In this document: positions 33,001 to 46,000 of the stretch, in pieces
How the letters are laid out: each line of letters begins with the position of its first letter
Numbering within the stretch: position 1 is the first letter of the stretch
Source of the DNA: Sminthopsis crassicaudata
Taxonomy: Eukaryota
Assembly: GCF_048593235.1 (NCBI RefSeq)
Contig: NC_133618.1
Location: 28,554,478 to 28,618,477 of the forward strand
Reading direction: 5' to 3'
DNA length: 64,000 nucleotides
Notes under the pieces: generated by a model
What the model saw: only the letters and a program-made list of their open reading frames with translations
What the model was told of the DNA's origin: nothing
The model's database searches: none
Translations under genes and position numbers: made by a program

Positions 33001-34127
33001 CGTCCCGACCCTGACCTCCTCGTGCAGGAAAAGGGAGCCGCCCCCCCCAGCCTCATTGCCCACCCCGAGAGGAGCGTCTGACTCCCCACTCCCCGCTCTG
33101 GCTGCCCAGGGAGTGGGCGATGGGCAGGAGCCCGGACCCAGCCAGACCAGGAGCCTTGTGTGGAAACCGTGGAGGTGCAGCCCAGGTGGGGAGCCAGGCC
33201 CCCCCATTCCCCACCCCCTGAGAGCTCTCCCCGTGAGAGGATTCACGTTGGGGGCCAGGACCGGCCGCAGTCTCTGGGAGCTCCCGCCTGCCCCGGCCTG
33301 TTACGGATTTATTTATTTTGGGAACAAGGTACAGAGCAGAGTGTGGGGGCACTCTCGGTGTGGGGTACCCCCGAGGAAGCATCAGACGGTCTCACCCGGC
33401 TTCCTGGCGCTCCCTGGTCTCCCAGCTGCTCAGTTTGCATTGGTTCACAGAAGGCCCCGTGCCCACCCAGGGCCCCTTCTGCCTCCCTCGTATCTGGGGG
33501 CTCCTCGGCCCCCAGTCAGGCAGACGCTCCTTCCCTGGAGCCCTTGGAATCTCATCTTGTGCCTTTTCTTCCCTGTCTGGGGAGGGCTGGTGATTGGAGC
33601 CTACTGGGCCCCGGGGAGGCTCGAGTCTCTCCCAGGAAGAGTGGGGGCCGGCCCTGGCTGGCTTTCTGAGGGGGAGAGGGCATTTTGTTCTTTGCCCAGG
33701 ATCATTTGGGGTGAGATTGGGTCTTCTCTGGGGGAGCCCCCCTTGTCTGCCCCACCCCTTCTGTTTGGTGGCCATCTGACCAGGCTGCCTCTGCTCCCGT
33801 CACCCCAGGAGCTTCGGGAGCCATTCTGGCCAGGCCATTCCTCCTTTCCTCTCCTTGCCTCCTTTGGTGCTGTTGGGAGCAGTGGGACCCCAGGGAGCCC
33901 AGCGTCTTCCCGGAGCCCCCAAGGGAGGTGGGAACAAGCCAAGCAGCAGAGTGGCTCCGCGGGGCGCGCCCCCTGCTGCCAGGCCTTCCCCTCCCCGGCT
34001 TCCCCAGGCGGCCCCAGGCCTCTGCGTGATGGATGCGCTTGCTCTGTCCCGCGGCACACGTCCTCCCTTCCCCTGGTGGTCTGGTGCTCTGTGCAGACCA
34101 CCGCCCTACCGACCGTTCAGTGTTCTC

Positions 34128-34133
34128 AATAAA
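34128..34133 (+). terminator. SMYD5 poly(A) signal
   Basis: First AATAAA downstream of the SMYD5 stop, about 1.1 kb after it. Confidence 0.7.
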
Positions 34134-34899
34134 CAGTGACTGGTGAACAGGCCCCTCTGTATGGATGGGAGAGTGGACTGAGCTGCAGTGTTGGGGGGCG
34201 GGGGAGAGCCTGCAGCCGTTTGCGGGCCTTTCTGTGGCCCCCTCCCTTGGCTTTTTCCTAGAGGCTGGGGGAATGTGACAGGAACCACAGCAGAGCATTG
34301 TGGAGTTCACCAAGTGCCTCTGGTACGGGATGGTATTTGTGCCTCGTGCCACCTTGTGCATGGAGAGAGCAGGTGTTCCCCTTCAGATGGGGACACAGTC
34401 CCTGTGACTCCCGCTGAGCCCCAGGGGTCTCCGCGCGTTCTGAGAGGCTCTCCTCCCACCCTGGCCGCCCAGTCAGTGACTGGCGTTCTCCCCGGCCTGC
34501 TTGCTGCCCTCTGAGGTTTTTACAAAGTCCAGGCCGACGAGCCCTTTTGCTGGTGACCAAGCCGCTCGTCTGTGCCAGGGCCCAGCCTGGCAGCCAGCTC
34601 CGAGCCTTCCCTCTTGTTTGTGTCCCGGCTCCCTGGGCACGAGCCCTGGGGGAGCCCCTTCCCTGAGGAAGGCTTCCACATCAGATTGAAAAACAAATGT
34701 TTGGTTTGTTTCGTAACCAAGCTCATGGAGCCCGGCTTTGGAACTCGCTGCAGCCTCCTGGCTGACACCGCACAAGCCCAGGCCCTGTGGCACATCCCTC
34801 TCCCTCTTTGAGCATCAGAGCCCTGGCGGCTCTGGCAGCTTCAGGAGGGCGATTCTGACGGGCAGGTAACTGAGGACATTGCTAAAAATCTCCCAAGGC

Positions 34900-34905
34900 T
34901 TTATT
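34900..34905 (-). terminator. PRADC1 poly(A) signal
   Basis: TTTATT on plus = AATAAA on minus, about 305 nt after the PRADC1 stop. Confidence 0.7.
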
Positions 34906-35209
34906 GTGCTCACCACAGGGGGCCAGAGAAGGAGCTTGCCCCCCATACCCCTCCTTGGTCCCTGTGCCCCAGCCTGTGACTAGTCTAGCTCCGGGCATCT
35001 CTGGGCACCGTCTCCCAGGGGTGTGGGGCCTTGGGCGAGGCAGGGGGTGGTGCATGGCTTAGCCAAGGTGGAGGCTGGGAGCCCCCCCCCTTCACTCAGC
35101 CTAATCCCAGCTTCTCCAGGGGCTGTCCAGCCTCCACCAGAGGCCAGGGGTCGGGTGCCTCCTTTCCCTCAATCTGGAGGCCAAGGGAGGGGGGTGTGTG
35201 GCATCTCTT

Positions 35210-37854
<2,645 letters not shown>

Positions 37855-39432
37855 CTCGGGCCGGCCGAGGGACACTCACTCCCGGGGCTGCCGCCGCCGC
37901 CGCTGCCTCCTGCTCCGGACCGCGCGCCCCTTGACAGCTGCTCCTCTCGGCCCGCCCCCAGCCCCCGCTGCCCACTCTCATTGGAGAGTCGTGGCCGAGA
38001 TCTAATTGGGAGATGCGCCCGCCGATAGACCGCCTCCTCCCACCTCCTTTACTTCATTGGCTAGTGAAGAAGGCGCCTAGGACTGATTGGAGCTAATCCC
38101 TTTCGCTATCCTCTAACCCCCGCCTCCCGCCCCCGCCTTCTTTCACCGATCTATTACACCCTACGCTCATTGATGGAAAGGAGGAGCGTGGGTGAGAAGG
38201 TATTGGTGGAAATCGCAGTCAATACTTGGTGCTTTCGGAGCCGCCCCGGGCCGCTGCCCGGAGCCATTGGGGAAGGGGAGCGGAGCTAAGATCTGATTGG
38301 GCCTAAGTCGCATACTGGCTCCGCCCCCCGCCTCTTCAACTTTCTCGGAATTACCAACTCATCCCGAATAAAGGGGAAACAGGAAATCGAGCCAAGAGTC
38401 CGCGGAGAGATCTTGGGGCCTAGCTCCGAGAACTGCATTTCTTCTGCACTTTAAGACTCCTCTAGCATCGAGCTGTCTACCGAGGGGCGGGGAGTCACAC
38501 GAGCGGTTCCTCCTTAGGTCAACGAGTTTCGGAGGACTGAAAGCCTAGAGTGCGAGTTGTTGACTACGTGCACGTGCACTACCTCCTTTCTCCTTGCCCG
38601 CGTCCGTTACGCAGCCATTGTACAGACGGGAAAACTGAGAGTCCACCCCCAGCTCCCATTCCACTGACAAGTTGGTCCCCAGGGGGTGGCTGCATCTTCA
38701 CCTTAGGGTTCTAGGGGTATCCCTGAAGGCTTGGGGTGTTTTTTCTAATGCTGTTGGCTGCAACCCTCCTTCCGAGGTGTTCTCTGCAATATTCCGGCCT
38801 GTCTGGCCGAGTGACGCCAGAGAGCCCGTACAGAGGGAGGCGCCCCCGACAGCTGCTCCGCTCGGCCCGCTCGCTGAAGAGAGGGCACCCGGAGCACTTG
38901 CAAAGCCCGGAGAGGAGGTCCGAGCCGAGCCGTCTCTTCCCGGCCACGGACTGGCCTGCGAGCCACGTGCTCCGGGACCCGCCTCCCCTCCCCCTCCCGC
39001 CTCTGCCCCTCTAGCAGGACCAGCCCGAAGGAGTCAAAGCCCCGGGGGCCGAGAGAGAAATCGGCCTGAGAACGAAGAAAGGCCGCGGGGTTTGGCAGCT
39101 TAGAGACCTTGGGCAACTTTGCCGAGAGCAGGATTGGTGGGTGGGGAGCTTAGATTTCCCGCGGCTAAGAGGAAAGTGGGAGGAGGCGGAGTGGAGGCGC
39201 CTGGTGGGAAGTCCGGGCAGCTCTGGGGGACCTCGGACGGCCGAGCCCTTGCTCCTAGCGGAGGAGGCCGAAGAGCCACCGGGAGGGTCAAAGAGAGAAT
39301 ATCCCCCTCCCGGTCCTTCCTAGCCCTTATGTACCGGCGCACAATGACATCATTACAGCATCCTGAGTATGTGGGAACTAGGGAACCGGCATCTCATCTA
39401 GTCCACCTTGCTGACTTCTCTTGCTTGGAATG

Positions 39433-39951
39433 NNNNNNNNNNNNNNNNNNNNNNNNNNNNNNNNNNNNNNNNNNNNNNNNNNNNNNNNNNNNNNNNNNNN
39501 NNNNNNNNNNNNNNNNNNNNNNNNNNNNNNNNNNNNNNNNNNNNNNNNNNNNNNNNNNNNNNNNNNNNNNNNNNNNNNNNNNNNNNNNNNNNNNNNNNNN
39601 NNNNNNNNNNNNNNNNNNNNNNNNNNNNNNNNNNNNNNNNNNNNNNNNNNNNNNNNNNNNNNNNNNNNNNNNNNNNNNNNNNNNNNNNNNNNNNNNNNNN
39701 NNNNNNNNNNNNNNNNNNNNNNNNNNNNNNNNNNNNNNNNNNNNNNNNNNNNNNNNNNNNNNNNNNNNNNNNNNNNNNNNNNNNNNNNNNNNNNNNNNNN
39801 NNNNNNNNNNNNNNNNNNNNNNNNNNNNNNNNNNNNNNNNNNNNNNNNNNNNNNNNNNNNNNNNNNNNNNNNNNNNNNNNNNNNNNNNNNNNNNNNNNNN
39901 NNNNNNNNNNNNNNNNNNNNNNNNNNNNNNNNNNNNNNNNNNNNNNNNNNN
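39433..39951. other. Assembly gap (519 N)
   Basis: Run of n between the PRADC1 and CCT7 promoters. Confidence 1.
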
Positions 39952-40859
39952 TTTCCTGGCCTCCTCAGAACTCAGATTGAGTACCTCCTTCCCCACCCCC
40001 AGAAGACAGCGCCTTCCCTCCCTTGGTAATCTCCCATTTCTCTGTTTTATATTTGTTATGTACAAATCTAACTATGTACAGGTTCCCTTCTCCTTCAGAA
40101 GGCGATCTCCTAGTGGGCAGACACTGTTTTCCCATGGCCTCGCTCAGGCCCTGGTGGGAAGCAGAATGTCAGTGCTTTCTGGCTTGGTTCATGTATTGAT
40201 TAGGGTATTGAGAAGGGTTTGGACTTACAGGGTTAGCCTTGGTTAATCACCACAGCAATCACTCCTGAGACTAATCAACATTTTTAACCACTTCATATTT
40301 TTATGTACCACTTTAAAGATTGCAAAACATTTCCATAATTATCTCATTTGAACCTCATGATGACCATTTCACAGATGAAGAAATTAAGTCTTTGGAAGAT
40401 GACCTGACTCGTCCAGGGCCCCACAGTTGGCTTGTTCCAGAGGTACAGCTCCAAACCGGATCCCTCGAGATTAAGGCAATAAAGGCAATTCTGTCTAAAA
40501 CATGCAGGACATCGTGTGGGAGCGGTGCCAGCTTTGGAGTTAAGCAGCATAGGCTAATTTCCCCCCCCACCCCCCTGACATCCACTATATCTTGTATTAT
40601 TGGGTAGATTACTTTAGCCTTTTTTAGTCTTAGTTTCATCTTTAAAAATAAGGAATTCAGCTACATTAGGTTCAGATCAGAGGTTCCTAATCTTTTTTTG
40701 GTTCCTGAACCCTTCAGGTAATTTGGTGAAGTTTGCGGACCTCTTCTCAGAATCACATTTTTAAATGTGAAAATAAAACACCTAAGACCACAAAGGAAAC
40801 CAATTATATTGGAATAAGAATTATAAAAGTAGCAAAAAAAAAAAAAAATGATGACCCAG

Positions 40860-41345
40860 GTTCAGAACAAGAATAATGATAACTTTTAACAAGTTTTGGT
40901 ACACAAATATTCTATTATATAGAATATAATAGAATATTATGCTGCAAGAAATGATGGATATGGGAATACAGAGAAACATGGGAAGACTTAACTGGAAGTG
41001 ATGTAGAGTGAATCTAGCAGAGCCAAGGAAACAATACATAGAATGGCTACAATGTAGAGGGGAAGGGCAATAACAGTGAAAGAATGGAAAGTGAATACTA
41101 CAAAATAACAAAGAACAAGCAAGGTTCCGAAGGAGAAGGAAGATATCTGTAAGGTAAATCTATGGGGATGAAACCTTGTATATTGTTTCTTTTTTGACCA
41201 GTTTTGTTGACAGCTTTTTCTTTTCTCCCTCTTTTTCCTTAAAAATTAGTTATTCTTTATTATAAGGGATGGTCCTCTGGGAGGAGGTAGAAATAGGGGT
41301 AGCGATGTCAATTTGGACAATGTTAAGATAATATTTTATTTTTTC
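40860..41345 (+). mobile_element. L1 3' fragment
   Basis: gaaacatgggaagacttaactggaagtgatgtagagtgaatctagcagagccaaggaaacaatacata. Confidence 0.6.
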
Positions 41346-41979
41346 AAGAGAACCTTTTTGCTTTTCTATGTAAATGATGGCTCATCTTTATTTAATGCTT
41401 AAGAGTTTCAAAACCTTTTCAAAATTTTCAATAACCCTGAAAGCTCTTCCTTCTGAGGCTCAGAAAAGGGAGCTGGCTTTCCCCATGTCACATACTCGTT
41501 ACACCCGGAGGCAGCGCTCACTCTTTAGTCCCCTGAACCAGCCCTTTGTGAGTTGCATAACTCCTGCTGCAGCTCAACAAGCCACGTTTTTAAATTTGTT
41601 TCAACTTTCCCCACTCTCTCATCCTAGCCCTCCCTTTTAAAATTCTTATTTCCCCTTGTTTGCACGTTTTCCTCTTGTTTTCTCCATTAGACTGAGGATG
41701 GGGACTGTCGTTTGCTTCTTTTTGCATCCCCAGCGCCTGGCCCGGTGCTTGGCATATGCATTTGATGAATGATCAATGACTGATTTGTTTATGGAAGTTT
41801 TTCCTCTTCGGTTTTCATTAATTTTTTTCCCTTCTCACCACTCCTCACAGAAAAGAAATACGAAACCCTTGTAACAAATAAGTGCGGTCAAACAAAACAA
41901 ACTCCCAAGAAAGGCTCCGTCCAAAAATGGAGTCTCTTTTTGCACATTTCGTTTAGGAAACAGATTCCCAGCGCTCGCG

Positions 41980-43000
41980 GTTTGTTTGAGGACACTCTCC
42001 CTCCCTAGCTGAGGGGGGCGCACGCCCGGAGCCCCGGCGAGCCCTTCTCTCCCTCCCTCGAGGACTCCATGACTGCCCCGCCCCTCGCCTCAGAGCGTCT
42101 AACGGCTCTGCGCCGAAGGTTCTGGGCCGAGCGCGCGCGCGAGGCATTGTGGGCCGCTGGAGGCTTCCAGAGTGGGTAGAGGAGCGGGCCACCGGAGGGT
42201 TCCCGATTCGCAGTCCAAGATGATGGTGAGTGGTCGCCGGCTCCATCCATCGCCATCCGCCTCGGGGAACCTGGCGAGTGCCCGAGCCTCGCCTCCGAGA
42301 ACCCCGGCGCGCCCCACGGCGACCTTCGGGGCCGTTGGAGCGGGGCTGGGGCTGCCGCTGGCGCCACAGTCGCGCTCAGGGCCCACTCGCGGCCTGGGGC
42401 CTGGCGCAGCCTCTCGAGCCGGGCCGGGGCCGGGCCGGGCGGCGTGGGGCGGGCGTAGGGCGGCCGCGCGGTACCGGTGCTGAGGGTAGGGCAGGCCCGG
42501 CGGGGGCGGAGCGAACCCCGGGACCGGCGCGGGACTCGGGTTCCCGGCATGCCTCGGGGTCCAACCTCGGAGGAGCCGCCGAGCCCCGCGCGCGGGGAAT
42601 GCTGGGAGATGTAGTCCGGGCGGATCAGCGGCGTGGGCTCCACGAGGGTCATTAAAGAGCTAATTGTGCTCGACCTGAGGGAAGCTGTAGAGCTCCCAGA
42701 GGAAACTGAGGCCCCGGGAGGGAGGCGAAGGCGCCTGCCCCACCTCACCCCTGCTAGTTCAGTGCATTCGAACCCAGGCCCGAGGAACACTGGCCTCTCA
42801 GGCTGCTCGTGGGAATTCTCCCCCAATAGGAATAGGCTGGACCCGATCGGTGCCGAGGTTCCAATGGGCCGCCTCATCCTTGTAATCAGAATTTACACAG
42901 TGCCCACTGGGGGCCAGATCCCGGGTGCGCTTTGCCCCGGCGGTGCCAAAAGAGGCGTAAAATGGCCCCTGCCCAGCGGGAGCCCGCGGCCTGATTCATT
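41980..43000 (+). promoter_or_regulatory. CCT7 CpG-island promoter
   Basis: Dense CpG around exon 1. ZNF143-type GCATTGTGGG at 42144-42153 and TGGGAGATGTAGT (ACTACAnnTCCCA reversed) at 42603-42615. HSE-like GAAggTTC at 42115-42122. Confidence 0.8.
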
Positions 43001-46000
43001 CGTTCCTTCGAACAGTCCTTGTTCTCCACCCTTTGGGTTGCTGCTTGTGGTAGAGTCTTCTCGCTGTTTTCCTAATGTTGAACCCGCCGTTCATGCCCGG
43101 GCCAAATCTGATTTTCCAGAATAAAGGTGATGGGTTTTGACGCGAGCCCCACTTCGATCCTTCTGGCTCTCTTCAGTTCCCTGGTCTCCGCCCTTTTCTC
43201 TCTTTCTCTCCTCTCTCAAATACCCTCCCTCGCTCTCTCCCTCGGCTTCCTCCTTTGGGCCTCCTAAGCCTCCTTTTTGGTTCATCATCCGTTTCCTGGC
43301 CTCTGAACAGAGTCTGCCTTCCAGATCTCGCCTTTCTCCCTGTTTCTTCTCACTTTGATTTATTTATCTCTCTGGAGATGATTCCCAAGTCTTCAGATCC
43401 AGCTCTCATTCCTCATCTCCCCTCCTCCCCCAGCTCCTATTTCATGCTGCCTGCTAGGAAAATACAGTCCTCCCGGAGCCTGCATGTTGGAAGGGACTGT
43501 ACAGATACTGTCTCCTATCACAACTACTCCAGGGGGATGTCCCCATTTTACAGGTAGAGAAACTGAGTTAGGGGTTGAGTGGAGGCTGGGAATCCCACCC
43601 TCCGATAGCCCTCATAAACCTGTGGTGCTCCCTCCTATGAATACACATTCTGGCCAGTATGGAAGCACCCAGCCGCCTCTTGAAATACAAAGGCTTTGGT
43701 GATGGCAAAGTAGATCCCAGGCGCATCTGGAGTCACCCAGTGGAGGACTTGCCATCTGAGGTGGCAAGAACGCTAGTAGATTGTATGAAGAATCTCATCA
43801 TTCGAGACCCTGACCTTCCTTTCGCGCTCAGCTCTTTCACTAAAGCTCCCAGTCTGACGCCTCCTCTCCCCTTTTCCTTCTGGTCACTTGTGGTCTTCCC
43901 ACACCCTCCTGTCCAAAGTAACCTTTGTGTATTGACATGAAATGAAATATGAAGGTGCTTCTTTGACTATTGGAGGGGTGATCTTGGCAAAGTCACTTAA
44001 TCTCTGTGCCTCAGTCTTCTCCATCAATGAGCATAATACCCACTTGCCCCACATGGTTGGTTGGTTGGGTTTTTTTTCCAGCAAGATTAAGAGGAAAAGT
44101 TCAGGAGAAATAGAAACCAACAAGACACTTTAAAAAGTTACCCTATTTTTATTGGTCACATTTGTATTTCTGCCCATTTGGTTTCAAGTATTTTCTTCTT
44201 CCTTTCCCACTGAGCCATTTCTTGTAATAGATGTAAAAAGAAAGAAAAAAGTAATTCAGCAAAGCCACATCCATCTGCACGTGCTCCATCATTCCTTGGA
44301 GCTAGTGCTCTGCGTCCTCTGCCCCAGCCCTATCAGGGAAGGGAGGGAGGGTGCCTTTCTCAGACTTAGCTGGGGCTGACCATTAGAATTATGCAGCATT
44401 GTTAAATGGCATTCTCACGTAGGTACTGGTTTTACAGAACTACTCGGGATGAGGGAAAGTGCCCTGCCTGCGTTTCCTGGCTTCACTACCCCCTTTGCTT
44501 CAATGGCACACTTGGCGTGGATGTTTTTACCTTGTCTGGGCTGTTTGTTTTAGATCTTAAGCACCTCAAACCCTCAGCCGCCTGAGTATGCTTAATAGTT
44601 GGATTTTTCTGTCCTGATGATTGGGTAAGAAGCCCCAGGTTCTTGGTTTGTACATGCCACAGAATCACAGTGGGAGGGTAGGGGGCCGTGAGAGCGTAGA
44701 ATGTCAAGGGCTCTGTGTTTGTAGCCACCCCCACAGATCTGGGCCAGATCCAGGTACGCAGCAAACCTACCCTCCATTTACAGACCGAATCATGTCTAAC
44801 AAATATATGCCGGGCTTTTAAAAATGGGTTGAATGTTGTGATCAATAAAATACCAATTCATTGAAAGGATAGGAAATTCAGCTTAGCTCTTTGTCATCGT
44901 GGATTTTCTCCGTTATCACTGAAACAGTGACTTGGGTGGAAGGCATTGACATTTTAGGTTATTAAAAAGACAGCCCCCCTCATTCTCCAGGTGGTGGAAA
45001 CTCCTGCCTGATCTTGATACGAAGGAAAGCAATGTTAAGCAGGCCTTTGCCAGTCCACCTTGGGCACCAGTGGGACCGGTTCTGAGCCCCACATTGTGAT
45101 CAGGACACTGATCTGGAGGCCGTGATTGAAAGGGATGTTTAGCCCGGGATGGAGGCAGATTTGATGCCAAATGTACTAAGACATGAGATAGAAGACTTTC
45201 AGGCCACCCTTCTCGATGGGATGAAGAGGGAATTACTGGTCCAGGGTGCATTGAACCACATGCCCCTGGCAGTTTTTCTAACTCAAGAGTGTGATTTTCT
45301 GATTTGTTTAAGGTCTGCTCTTGGCTGGAGAGCCCTGTTCTTCTGATTGCAGGGATTCTCTAGGAGAAAGAACTAAGTGCCATAGGCCATGAGCTCCAGC
45401 CCAGGAACTGGCTGAAGGAGAGTTACACTGGTCTTTCTCTCCTCCTCTTCTTCCTCTTTGATGGCCACATCTGGACAGTGTCTAGAAGGCCCTGTGGATG
45501 TTGTCTTCCCTCTTGGCCTGTCTCTGCTTCCATCTCCCAAGACTCCCCTATTTCTTCCAGGGTGTGGCGGCCAAGGAGATCCTGAGGAACTGGCAGCTTT
45601 AGCCAGAAGAGATGTTATTCTCCATCCCTACCTTCTCCATTGGCTGATTCACTATTGACCATCTTTGCTCAACTTGGCTTTGACCCATTCTTTGCTGCTG
45701 ACCGAGGCGATTGCGGAGGGGAGGGAGAAGGCTGGGATTTCTGGCCTTTCCCTGTGGCTCTGCCAGACCCAGGCCAGAACCAGTTGTAGGGGCAGCTTTT
45801 GCTGGTAGCCAAAGGTTGCGCTCTGGGGGTTTGACTTGGGATCACTAGGAGATGTGACAGAAGCTAAGATCGTTGCTGACTATGGAGCTGGACAGGATGT
45901 CACCATGAGCATTGATTTGGTGCTTGCTCTGTTTGAGGCACCATGGAGTTCATGGTGTCAGTGACCAGTCACAAGCCAGAAAACAACAGCAAAGGGCAGT

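Noticed and set aside
33056-34361. Long ORFs (358 aa and 219 aa) after SMYD5
   Set aside because: They lie in the GC-rich SMYD5 3'UTR before its AATAAA and have no homology-like motifs.
39119-40246. ORFs spanning the second N gap
   Set aside because: Their length is created by Ns.
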